Source: a virus
Lineage: Duplodnaviria; Heunggongvirae; Uroviricota; Caudoviricetes
DNA length: 64,000 bases
Virus record (IMG/VR): IMGVR_UViG_3300042381_000885
Strand: one strand, 5' to 3'
Both the position numbers and the translations under genes were made by a program. Positions 20,178-29,061 of the stretch are shown in pieces. The notes beneath the pieces were generated by a model, which saw nothing but the letters and a program-made list of their open reading frames with translations, had not been told where the DNA came from and ran no database searches. Numbering within the stretch: the stretch's first letter is position 1; each line of letters starts with the position of its first letter.

Positions 20178-20201
20178 TAATATATTCTAATTACAAGTTT
20201 A

Positions 20202-20322
20202 GGTCCGTAGGGCTGTAATGGTATGTGAGGAAAATGACTACGGGACAAACATACAACTGTACGAAATAAAGCAGAAGTCCTTCGCATTCAAAGTATTACT
20301 GTAAAATGTAATCGCCATTACA
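20202..20322 (+). ncRNA. pseudoknotted structured RNA of unknown class
   Basis: GTCCGTAG/CTACGGGAC and TGTAATGG/CCATTACA helices cross each other. Confidence 0.45.
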
Positions 20323-20337
20323 AGTTAGAATTAAATT

Positions 20338-20428
20338 GGTATTGTAGCTCAGTGGGGGATTTATCTTCCTTGGTAGAGCAGGAGTCTCGAAAGTCTCTGT
20401 GTCGCAGGTTCGAACCCCGCCGATACCA
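20338..20428 (+). tRNA. atypical tRNA, loop CT-CGA-AA, with a hairpin inserted in the D-loop
   Basis: GGTATTG/CGATACC+A acceptor, GCTC/GAGC D-stem, GCAGG-TTCGAAC-CCCGC T-arm, weak anticodon stem. Confidence 0.6.
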
Positions 20429-20434
20429 CAAATA

Positions 20435-20559
20435 GTTTACTCTGTGATAAGATAGCAGATAGACCTATTACAGCAGACTATCCCATTAGGGAGTGCGAGT
20501 TTTAGGTAGTACAGAATGGGTGACCTACGAATGAGTAAATCTTAAGGTCTTATCACAGA
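20435..20559 (+). ncRNA. structured RNA of unknown class
   Basis: 13-bp closing helix 20441-20453/20547-20559 plus a crossing GTTTAC/GTAAAT helix and a TCCC-ATTA-GGGA hairpin. Confidence 0.45.
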
Positions 20560-20586
20560 TTAAAAAAAAAAAGTTTTAGAAAGTAC

Positions 20587-20614
20587 TTGACAAGCGAAAA
20601 AAGTATGTTATACT
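20587..20614 (+). promoter_or_regulatory. sigma70-like promoter TTGACA-N16-TATACT
   Basis: Near-consensus -35/-10 directly upstream of the large ncRNA. Confidence 0.55.
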
Positions 20615-20639
20615 TATAAAACATTTAAGGGAAACCTTA

Positions 20640-21511
20640 AAGACGTTCTTAGAAATTTTAGATTATCCTTTACCCACTTCGGTGGAGTAAAAAACGATAA
20701 TGGGTGGTATATCATCCTTAAATAAATTGATGAAAATCAATATAAACCGAACTTAGTTGTGTTATTAAGTTTGGGGCTTCTGAAAGGGAGCTCGAGTATA
20801 CAAGTGAGATATCAGTGAGCCTGTAGTACCGAGGATAACTTCGTAGGGAAATGGATTACTGACCGGGAGATGTGGGTCTTTCGGTTGAGGGGGGAACCCC
20901 AAATTAAGAATAACTCATAGGAATTATGTGAGAAGTAAGGTCATCCAACCTTATAATTGCGAGTTCCAAAATTAAAGGAATCTTAACGCCGAAAGGCAAG
21001 ATTAAGTAACAGGTGGTGCTGACTTTGTCCTTATCAAACATCTACCAAGATGTTGATTTGAAGAATTCTTGAAATTTGGAGATAGGGATATCTCATCGAG
21101 AAGTTTAGTATTTTGTGTCTCAAAAGGATACGAAGCTTATGGTAGACTACTTCTTGAATACATCCACAACACAATTACTATTTTCAATATGGTGAAAAAC
21201 TAAAAGAAACATAGCAAAAATGTCTACCCGATGTCATTGACAAGTTGCCTACTTAGTTATGGGATGTCCATAGCACACAAAGACCGCAAGTCTGAATGTA
21301 TTCTTACCAAAAACCTCTACGGAGTCGAATCCGGAGTCAGGTCGCAAGCTTGAAGAGAGTTGAATAATGAGAGAGTAGATGATATCGTAAGAAGTGATTG
21401 GTCTAACCAATCGGCAATGAGGATTACATCCCAAAAGGGTGTGGAAAAGAAGTCAAACAATAAAACTTCCAAAGATTCTCAATAAGACGAGTATTCTCAT
21501 CGTATTAAGCC
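20640..21511 (+). ncRNA. large structured ncRNA, GOLLD-like candidate
   Basis: About 870 nt without a credible ORF, raised GC, many tetraloop hairpins, own promoter and terminator, next to tRNA-like genes. Confidence 0.55.
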
Positions 21512-21545
21512 AAAAAGGTGTTACAGAAATGTGACACCTTTTTTT
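21512..21545 (+). terminator. intrinsic terminator
   Basis: AGGTGTTACA-GAAA-TGTGACACCT followed by a T run. Confidence 0.85.
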
Positions 21546-21577
21546 GTTTATATCAATTTTTATATTATCTTTGCCTT

Positions 21578-22018
21578 ATGAAGAAGTCGATAAACATAAT
21601 TAATAAGAAAGCCAGGTTTGAATATGAATTCCTCCAAACAGATATTGTGGGAATTTCACTATTTGGTAGCGAGGTCAAATCCATCCGTCAGGGAAAAGTT
21701 TCTATCTCCGAAGGGTACTGTTACTTCAAGGACGGTGAGTTATTTGTTAAGGGGATGAATATCTCCGACTATGGGTTTGGTTCATTCCATGAGACTGTCA
21801 GGGACCGTAAACTACTATTGAAAAGAAAAGAGTTGAATAGTTTGGAGTCAAAACTTATGAATGGTTTAACCATCGTTCCTTACCGGGTCTTCATCAATGA
21901 GAAGGGATTGATTAAAATGGAGATTGCTCTTGCCAAAGGTAAAAAGATTCATGATAAGAAAAATTCAATAAAAGAGAGAGATATTGACCGGGATATAAAA
22001 AGAGAAATAAATCGATAA
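21578..22018 (+). CDS. smpB: SsrA-binding protein SmpB
   Basis: NKKARFEY, GISLFGSEVKSIR, RDRKLLL, GLTIVP, KMEIALAKGKKIHDKK. ATG at 21578 after TATCTTTG. Confidence 0.95.
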   Translation: MKKSINIINKKARFEYEFLQTDIVGISLFGSEVKSIRQGKVSISEGYCYFKDGELFVKGMNISDYGFGSFHETVRDRKLLLKRKELNSLESKLMNGLTIVPYRVFINEKGLIKMEIALAKGKKIHDKKNSIKERDIDRDIKREINR

Positions 22019-22072
22019 AATGTTTGGTAGAATGAAAATAATAACTATCTTTGTACTCACAAAACGAAAGAT

Positions 22073-22348
22073 ATGAACCTACCTCAACACAATATTAAGA
22101 TTCAACACGAAAAATTTGGTGTATTAGTAAATGAAACATTCATGAACGCCACTCAATTCAAGATATTTTTGAGTATGATTCAAGGATGTATTGAACTTAA
22201 GAATGATTTAACATTCTTTAATGGTTCCGACTTTTTAGTTCATATTCCTCACAAACATCTGGTTGAGTCGATTATTACAACTAATGTGGATGCGTCATTA
22301 ACATTGGCAGAACATTTAATACAAAAATCAAAATTAGAAACAGCGTAA
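22073..22348 (+). CDS. hypothetical protein
   Basis: 91-aa ORF after a TTTG-N19-TATCTTTG promoter (22023-22053). Confidence 0.7.
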   Translation: MNLPQHNIKIQHEKFGVLVNETFMNATQFKIFLSMIQGCIELKNDLTFFNGSDFLVHIPHKHLVESIITTNVDASLTLAEHLIQKSKLETA

Positions 22349-22351
22349 TAT

Positions 22352-22600
22352 ATGGGAAATTTTTTAAGCAATTTACTTAAGGTTGCAATTGTGGGTGGTG
22401 TCGCTTACGGAGCGTACAAGTTTGGAGAACACGAGGGTGAAGATAAAGGTCGAAGAAGCGTGATGAGTGATGCTGATAAAGAAGAAATTGACCATCTAAA
22501 AGACCTGATTGATGAGTTAAAACAAAAGAAAAACAAAACAAAAAAAGATGAATATAACTTAATGTTATTGGAATCAAAACTTGTGGATTTGGAATACTAA
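22352..22600 (+). CDS. small membrane-anchored protein
   Basis: N-terminal hydrophobic segment and a coiled-coil tail. Confidence 0.6.
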   Translation: MGNFLSNLLKVAIVGGVAYGAYKFGEHEGEDKGRRSVMSDADKEEIDHLKDLIDELKQKKNKTKKDEYNLMLLESKLVDLEY

Positions 22601-22685
22601 GGATTTCCAAGTTAGATTAAACTTGGTGGTGGAGTCGGTACAAACTAGTACAGACCTAAAAGAGGGACATCGTGTCCCTCTTTTT

Positions 22686-23183
22686 TTATTGTTCATAGTC
22701 AAACCAAATACCAAAACCACAATTATCTCTAATGTGTTCATATGCAGAATCTTTAAAAGAATCAATCATCTCATCCCACTCACCCCATTCTCCCATTCCA
22801 ACATCATCATATATTTGAGACAGTGTTTTATAATTGTCATCACCATTTTCATCTTGAGATAATAACTTACTTTCCCCCCAACCCCAATTAATAAGAACTT
22901 GAGTATCTGTTTCATATAAATCAATTCTTGATTCATAGATTTCGAGGTATATGTATTCAGAGCCATCCTCTTGTAATAATATTTTAATACCTTTACCTCC
23001 TTCACTTAACTTTTCTAATGCTTTTTCAGTAAATTCTTCTGCTCTTTCTTCGCCTACCTCATCAACTAAATCAGGTAAAAATTCATCTAAATTATACTCC
23101 ATTGACCGGGCAATTGATTTAGTGTTTGGGTTTGGGTAACCCATCTTATTCATTACTTTTAAAAATTTGTTTAGCTCGCTCAT
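22686..23183 (-). CDS. acidic hypothetical protein
   Basis: ORF coupled to the upstream gene. Confidence 0.65.
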   Translation of the reverse strand: MSELNKFLKVMNKMGYPNPNTKSIARSMEYNLDEFLPDLVDEVGEERAEEFTEKALEKLSEGGKGIKILLQEDGSEYIYLEIYESRIDLYETDTQVLINWGWGESKLLSQDENGDDNYKTLSQIYDDVGMGEWGEWDEMIDSFKDSAYEHIRDNCGFGIWFDYEQ

Positions 23184-23184
23184 A

Positions 23185-24039
23185 TTATTCATAATGTTTT
23201 AAATTTCTCCAAGGTGTGTCAACATCTATCGACTTTCTCTGAGTTGATAGTAATACCGTAGGATTATCATCATGTCCAAAACAATAAGTTTCATCTGCCC
23301 TAAACCCTTTTTTAAATTCCATATAAGCATCACCATAAAAATTAAGTAGAATGTAGTTTTTATAAAAATTATTAAAATCAGACGTTTCCATTATTGGGAC
23401 CAAAGTATTTTCATGTTCTATTGAAGTTGAGATTAGTTTTGGGTCCCAAGTTAGAATTGTCTCAATGTTGTAATCCCAGTCATCAGTTTCGACTTCACCG
23501 GTGTCGTGACAAGCTGGACATGTTTCTAATTTACTCCCATAACATTCGGGACAAGTTTCAACAGTACTACCATCACATTGGGGGCAAGTTAGATTACCGG
23601 CACCATTGCAATCCCAACAGGATTCTTCTTCGTTGTAAGGGTCAACTCCACTTCCATTACAAGTATCGCAAGTAATCTCTCCAGATTCATAACATTCACT
23701 ACAAGGGACTTCACCTTCTCCATCACATTCTTGACAATCAATTTGACCTTCACCACCACATTCTTGACAAATTTTACGATGATTATTACCTTTACTGGAG
23801 AGTGTGAATAAAAACATTGAATCATTCAACATTTGTTCACCTAATTCAAAACTACTAGTTCGTTTATATGAATAAATTAAAAATGTTAATTTTATTATAT
23901 TTTCAGCACCAATCATTTCGAAATAATCTTTTTGTTTTGTTGCCAACTCAAGTAATTCATCATATACTTGTTGAGGAATATCGTAATACTCTACGTAGTC
24001 CTCTAATTTTAATGCAAGTCTTTTTAATTTTTCGTTCAT
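23185..24039 (-). CDS. protein with 8 DnaJ-type CxxCxGxG zinc-finger repeats
   Basis: CQECGGEG, CQECDGEG, CSECYESG, CDTCNGSG, CWDCNGAG, CPQCDGST, CPECYGSK, CPACHDTG. Confidence 0.8.
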   Translation of the reverse strand: MNEKLKRLALKLEDYVEYYDIPQQVYDELLELATKQKDYFEMIGAENIIKLTFLIYSYKRTSSFELGEQMLNDSMFLFTLSSKGNNHRKICQECGGEGQIDCQECDGEGEVPCSECYESGEITCDTCNGSGVDPYNEEESCWDCNGAGNLTCPQCDGSTVETCPECYGSKLETCPACHDTGEVETDDWDYNIETILTWDPKLISTSIEHENTLVPIMETSDFNNFYKNYILLNFYGDAYMEFKKGFRADETYCFGHDDNPTVLLSTQRKSIDVDTPWRNLKHYE

Positions 24040-24115
24040 ACTTTATATAAAATAATACCAAGGGTATTGTTATAAATAGATTTATTTACTAAATTTGCCT
24101 AATAAATTAATCACT

Positions 24116-24406
24116 ATGGGAATTAAAATTAAAATAACTGAAGAAGAAATTTTATCGATGACAAACGATATTCAATTAGGTTCGTATATTAGAAAAAAAT
24201 ATATGATTCAAAAAGAAACAATGAATAGAGATATTGATATGTTATCTCTGGGTCAAATCCCGGACGATGAACCTGAGGTGTGCTTGGTTTGTGGTAAATT
24301 AACCCCTTATAGTAAGTCGACTCATATTGATTTAAGAGTTGGGTATGTTCGTGGTGCGGGTCAAGGATGTTTCTCTCCTGAAAAATGTTTGAAAAAAAAT
24401 AAATAA
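24116..24406 (+). CDS. hypothetical Cys-containing protein
   Basis: CLVCGK...YVRGAGQGC. Confidence 0.55.
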   Translation: MGIKIKITEEEILSMTNDIQLGSYIRKKYMIQKETMNRDIDMLSLGQIPDDEPEVCLVCGKLTPYSKSTHIDLRVGYVRGAGQGCFSPEKCLKKNK

Positions 24407-24464
24407 AATAGTTGTAGGAATGAAATAATGTATTATCTTTGTACCCAACAAAAACCCATACCTT

Positions 24465-25199
24465 ATGTCACAAAGTACAATCTTTAAAGTTCGTAATTAC
24501 CAAGGAACAAATTCATTCGTAAACAAAATGAAATCAGTTGTAAATCAATATGGTTCATTAACAATCAAACAAGTGGAAGCGGTCGAAAAATGTTTAAAAT
24601 CATCAACAGTTGTTGTGTCTAAAGAATTACCTGAAGACGTTAAAAGAATTGTTGATTACACCGGAGAGAACTCTTTTGTTAAAGAGATAGGTTCTAAGTT
24701 CAAACAATACGGTACATTAAGTGAAAAACAAGTTAGTGCTGCTATTAACCAAATCCAAAAGGAAGAGGATAAAGAAAAAACAATTCGTATGAATTGGCCA
24801 ACCGAAGGGGAGACGATTAAAATCACTCGTAAAGTTGGTGAGGAATTGAAAAAGACTTATGGTCTTCAATTCAACCCTATCTTACTTGACATTACAAGAT
24901 TGAAAGCGGTTAGTCCAAAGGCTGTTCAATTCGCAGGGAAGATGACAATCAAACGAGGAAAAGTTTGTACTTGTTGTGGAAGAACATTAACTGATGAGTT
25001 CTCAATGTTGACCGGAATTGGTAAGTTATGTGCTAAACACATCAGAGTTCCTTACATCACCGACAAGAGTCAAGCAGAGAGATTCCGTAACGAATACCTT
25101 GAAAGAGTTGAGGAGATTGGAGAAATGGTGTTTTGGATACCAAAGTCACAAATTGTGAAATGGGATGGGATGACAGAGACGATATTAAGAACAATGTAA
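24465..25199 (+). CDS. protein with DUF6011-like zinc finger and an internal duplication
   Basis: CTCCGRTLTDEFSMLTGIGKLCAKH. Two copies of Y.G.NSFV......QYG.L...QV. Confidence 0.6.
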   Translation: MSQSTIFKVRNYQGTNSFVNKMKSVVNQYGSLTIKQVEAVEKCLKSSTVVVSKELPEDVKRIVDYTGENSFVKEIGSKFKQYGTLSEKQVSAAINQIQKEEDKEKTIRMNWPTEGETIKITRKVGEELKKTYGLQFNPILLDITRLKAVSPKAVQFAGKMTIKRGKVCTCCGRTLTDEFSMLTGIGKLCAKHIRVPYITDKSQAERFRNEYLERVEEIGEMVFWIPKSQIVKWDGMTETILRTM

Positions 25200-25209
25200 A
25201 TTATAAATT

Positions 25210-25536
25210 ATGAGTGGAGGAGCATTTGATTACAACCAATATAAGATTGGTTACATCGCAGACCAAATAGAAGAAACAGTTATCAAGAACGGGGTCGAGA
25301 AGACCCCGGAAGAGATAAAAGATGACTGGCATAATGATGATTGGTATAAAAAATACCCTGAGGATAAATTTCATTACAAATATCCGGATGAGGTTATTGA
25401 GAAGATGAAAGAAGCAATTAAGGCTCTTAAGATTGCTCAGGTATATGCTCAAAGGGTTGATTGGTTATTATCAGGTGATGATGGTGAGGAATCATTTTTG
25501 AGTAGATTAGATGATGAATTAAAAAAACTTGAATAG
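25210..25536 (+). CDS. hypothetical phage protein (MSGGAFDY)
   Basis: 108-aa ORF in the operon. Confidence 0.7.
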   Translation: MSGGAFDYNQYKIGYIADQIEETVIKNGVEKTPEEIKDDWHNDDWYKKYPEDKFHYKYPDEVIEKMKEAIKALKIAQVYAQRVDWLLSGDDGEESFLSRLDDELKKLE

Positions 25537-25538
25537 AT

Positions 25539-25766
25539 ATGGGGAATAATTCAACAGTAAGTGGGTCAACAACTACAACTAATTCAGGGTCAACTTTTTT
25601 AGTTGGAGTGATGTTAGGGTTTATTCTATGTGCGATTTTTACACTTGCAACACTTTTTGATAGAATAATGATTATTGAATCTTATAAAAGAATTGAACCG
25701 GAGAAACGATTAACAACAGATGGAAAGGTAGTAGATACTTTATTCATTTATAAACAAGAAAGATAA
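25539..25766 (+). CDS. small membrane protein
   Basis: One TM segment. Confidence 0.55.
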   Translation: MGNNSTVSGSTTTTNSGSTFLVGVMLGFILCAIFTLATLFDRIMIIESYKRIEPEKRLTTDGKVVDTLFIYKQER

Positions 25767-25769
25767 GTT

Positions 25770-25997
25770 ATGGGAAAAATGGATAAAGTAGAATTAGAAT
25801 TTTATTTCTTTATGAAAGGTCAAGCAGGTTCGTTTACTACAAACCTCTTCAAGACAATTATGTCTGCTGACTTTGGTAATCAATATAAGTTGTCATTTGG
25901 ATTCCCGGATGAGGTGAGTGTTGTTCAAAAGTATAAAAATGAAGACGGGTATTGGGAAAATTTATTAAATAAATTTGACAATCCCGAATCAGTTTAG
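25770..25997 (+). CDS. hypothetical protein
   Basis: 75-aa ORF in the operon. Confidence 0.55.
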   Translation: MGKMDKVELEFYFFMKGQAGSFTTNLFKTIMSADFGNQYKLSFGFPDEVSVVQKYKNEDGYWENLLNKFDNPESV

Positions 25998-26021
25998 TAT
26001 AATTAAATAAAAACATAAGAA

Positions 26022-26459
26022 ATGACTATAAAACAAGCGTTAAAGAAGAAGAACCAATTGGTTAAAGAGATTCAGGATTTACACGGTAGAGTGGCAACAT
26101 ATAACTCAGTTGAAGTTGGAAATGTTAGACCATACTCGGCTAAGGAATCGATGGAGAAAATCAATCAGTTGAGTAATGAGTTGGTGGAACTTAAAACAAA
26201 CATCCACAAAGCAAACGCTCCAATCTATCATCACATTTTTAGATTGTCTGAGTTGAAATCTACAATTGCAAGAATCAAAAACTTGGATTGTAATGAAGGT
26301 ATTGTTCAGGATTACTATTCAAGAAATCGTGAGACACCTGCAGTGAAAGTGACGGAAATCTCAATTATTGAAAGAGATGAGATGGTTAAACACATGGAAG
26401 GTCAAATTGAAGAAATTCAGGATATTTTGGACAACCATAATCAAATCACTCAAATATAA
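26022..26459 (+). CDS. coiled-coil protein, DIP1984/septicolysin-like
   Basis: MTIKQALKKKNQLVKEI...LVELKTNIHKAN...IEEIQDILDNHN. Confidence 0.55.
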   Translation: MTIKQALKKKNQLVKEIQDLHGRVATYNSVEVGNVRPYSAKESMEKINQLSNELVELKTNIHKANAPIYHHIFRLSELKSTIARIKNLDCNEGIVQDYYSRNRETPAVKVTEISIIERDEMVKHMEGQIEEIQDILDNHNQITQI

Positions 26460-26460
26460 T

Positions 26461-26649
26461 ATGAGTGGTGATGTTGAGTTTGATAAATGTGATTTTTGCC
26501 ATGTCGAAAAACCGGTTGGGAGAACTTATTTAAGACCAACCAAATATGTTAAGCCGGAAAACCCTGAGGAATATTTAAAGTTATATAATGAAGGTGGATA
26601 CTTTATTATTGTGAAGACTTGTAATGAATGTGGGGAACCAAAAATATAG
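26461..26649 (+). CDS. small zinc-ribbon protein
   Basis: CDFC...CNECG. ATG at 26461. Confidence 0.55.
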   Translation: MSGDVEFDKCDFCHVEKPVGRTYLRPTKYVKPENPEEYLKLYNEGGYFIIVKTCNECGEPKI

Positions 26650-26886
26650 TTCAGTGTCCGGGAGGGATTTAATGTAATGTAATATTGGCTATCAATATTC
26701 TACATACAAACTATTAACAGAGTCCTCGATGTTTTGATGATGATTAAGTATTCAAATCTCAACACACAGCAGTTCAAAATTAATTTGTCAAAACTTAAAA
26801 CTCTTTTTAACTTACTTATTGAACTTCCAACCTGACTATAACCTAACCCTCTAAGAAATTAGAGGGTTTTTGACTATTTATATGTT

Positions 26887-27291
26887 ATGAGAGTATGTTT
26901 AAAAGGTATGAAAAACTTTCCTATTGAGGGAGGAAAAGAATTAGTTAAAAGTTTTTGTGAATTTTTACAATCACAATCACCTTTAAACAATGATATTACC
27001 GTGGAATTTTTAGATACGAGACAAGGTAATATGACTACCGGTGTTAGATATCCGGGTAATAAAATTCAGGTCTTATCTGCCGGTAGATTACCAATAGATA
27101 TTTTGAGAACTTTATCTCATGAATGGATACATGAATTCCAAACTCAAAAACTTGGAGTTGATGATTCAAAACCAATTCAAAACATTGGTGGTCCTGAAGA
27201 GAATATGTGCAATGTATTGTCCGGGATATTCGTCAAACAATTTGAGAAAGACCATCCTGAGTTTGACGATTTACTTTACGGGAAAAATTAA
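26887..27291 (+). CDS. zincin-like HExxH metallopeptidase-type protein
   Basis: RTLSHEWIHEFQ...GPEENMC. Confidence 0.65.
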   Translation: MRVCLKGMKNFPIEGGKELVKSFCEFLQSQSPLNNDITVEFLDTRQGNMTTGVRYPGNKIQVLSAGRLPIDILRTLSHEWIHEFQTQKLGVDDSKPIQNIGGPEENMCNVLSGIFVKQFEKDHPEFDDLLYGKN

Positions 27292-27389
27292 TTTTTACAC
27301 TTTGGTAAACTGATTTATAAATATAACTCAATGGAGTATTGGTAAATCAAAATTTTATTCATATCTTTGCTTTCATTAATAACTCAAAT

Positions 27390-28229
27390 ATGTCAAGATT
27401 AGATAGATTAAAAGAACAACACCCGGAACTTAATACGTCCGTAATGGACGTTATCGCCAAATTAGACCCAACAAATACTTACAAATACACGGAATTCTTG
27501 GTTAAAAAATTCAAGGAATTTTATGGAGACTATGATGATTGGACGATTGGGTTAGGTATGGAAATGATGGGTAGTGAAAATATGGAAATACTCAACGAGT
27601 TTGAAATTCATACAAAAGCAAATAGAATTGTCAATCCGGATATTAGTCAATATGATGATTTTAACCAACTTGAAAATTCTGTTAAAGAAGCGAAAGAGAA
27701 AGTTAAAATGAAAGAACTCGAGAAACAAGTCATTAAACTTTATGATAATGATGAGTGGTCTGTTGTAATTCCATTGAGTTATGAGGCATCTAAAACATAT
27801 GGTACCAATACCAAATGGTGTACAACTCAAGAAAGATATTGGGAGGATTATTATAAGACATATAAGTTAATCTATATTCAAAATAAAAAGACGAATGAGA
27901 AATATGCGGTTTCAAGACATCGGGAAGACAATAAAAAAGTTCAAGCTTGGATGTCGAATGATGATGAATCGAGTCCAATGTTACTCCCACTACCAATTGA
28001 GGTTATGAGTGTTATTCTTTGTGAGGTTAATAAAACAGATACTATATTTGAACTTCAATCTAAACATGGAATTAATGTTCCGGTGGTTAACAAAAAAGAA
28101 AAAATATTATCAAGTTTACCATCATATGGAGGATTTCAAGGGTCAAGTAATCCTTACGGTAGAGAATGGGTTATAGATACTGACTCTCAGTCGCATATTA
28201 CAGATATAATGAGAAGATTGGGAATGTGA
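27390..28229 (+). CDS. WCT-motif phage protein
   Basis: ASKTYGTNTKWCTT. TATCTTTG promoter at 27362. Confidence 0.7.
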   Translation: MSRLDRLKEQHPELNTSVMDVIAKLDPTNTYKYTEFLVKKFKEFYGDYDDWTIGLGMEMMGSENMEILNEFEIHTKANRIVNPDISQYDDFNQLENSVKEAKEKVKMKELEKQVIKLYDNDEWSVVIPLSYEASKTYGTNTKWCTTQERYWEDYYKTYKLIYIQNKKTNEKYAVSRHREDNKKVQAWMSNDDESSPMLLPLPIEVMSVILCEVNKTDTIFELQSKHGINVPVVNKKEKILSSLPSYGGFQGSSNPYGREWVIDTDSQSHITDIMRRLGM

Positions 28230-28255
28230 TAATTAATGAAAAAAAAAAGAAAATT

Positions 28256-28849
28256 ATGGGGGCGGACATCCATTTATTTAGTGAAAAGAAAAAAACTATA
28301 AACGATAAAGAAATATGGGTAAATGCGGATTATTGGACAATAAATCCTTATTTTGGGACTGATGAAGATGAACGAGAATTAGAAATTGTTTCAATATATG
28401 ACGACAGGAATTATGACCTATTCAATGTTCTTGCCGAAGTAAGAGGTAGTGGTCCTTCTATATCCCCACCAAGAGGATTACCGGAGGATGTTTCATCTAT
28501 TGTAAAAAAAGAATCGGACCGATGGGATGGTGATGGACATAGTCATAGTTATTTTACACTCGACGAGTTGAAAAATTATTTTAAAAATAATTCACACACA
28601 TCTCACAATGGATTTTTAAGTAAACAACAAATCAAAGAATTAGACGAAGATAACCATACACCATATATTTGGAGTGAATGGTCTCATCCTGATTTAGAAT
28701 ACCGAGAATGGAAAAAGGTATCATCATTAAAAAAAATAGTTGATAAAGTAGACACCAGAATGAGGAAAGAATTTTGGGTTAGGGAAGATGATGAAGATAC
28801 TTCAAAGTTTGATAAAAAGTTTAGAATCGTATTTTGGTTTGACAATTAA
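28256..28849 (+). CDS. hypothetical phage protein (MGADIH)
   Basis: RNYDLFNVLAEVR...PRGLP...HSHSYFTLDEL...FRIVFWFDN. Confidence 0.7.
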   Translation: MGADIHLFSEKKKTINDKEIWVNADYWTINPYFGTDEDERELEIVSIYDDRNYDLFNVLAEVRGSGPSISPPRGLPEDVSSIVKKESDRWDGDGHSHSYFTLDELKNYFKNNSHTSHNGFLSKQQIKELDEDNHTPYIWSEWSHPDLEYREWKKVSSLKKIVDKVDTRMRKEFWVREDDEDTSKFDKKFRIVFWFDN

Positions 28850-29061
28850 GATGAATAAAGGAATACCAACATTGGAGGGTGAAGAAGCGGAGAAGTTTGA
28901 AAAGAAAGCTCAGGAGAATTTAGATAAAAAACATACAGTGGATTTCGTGAAAGAGAGTGAGATGGCCCGTAAAATATTAAGGAAAGGAAAATTATAAAAA
29001 TATAATAAAAAGTTTGGTGTAAGTCAAACTTTTTTTATATCTTTGTAAAAAATTAATAGAG

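Noticed and set aside
21249-21434. 61-aa minus-strand ORF in the large ncRNA
   Set aside because: No motif or expression signals; better explained as antisense to a structured RNA.
20640-21511. rRNA fragment, RNase P RNA or group I/II intron
   Set aside because: No rRNA signature, no GAGGAAAGTCC RNase P core, no domain V-like hairpin and no interrupted host gene recognised.
17443-21545. tmRNA partner for SmpB
   Set aside because: No alanine-type acceptor stem with G3:U70 found; tRNA-like elements start AGTCA or GGTAT.
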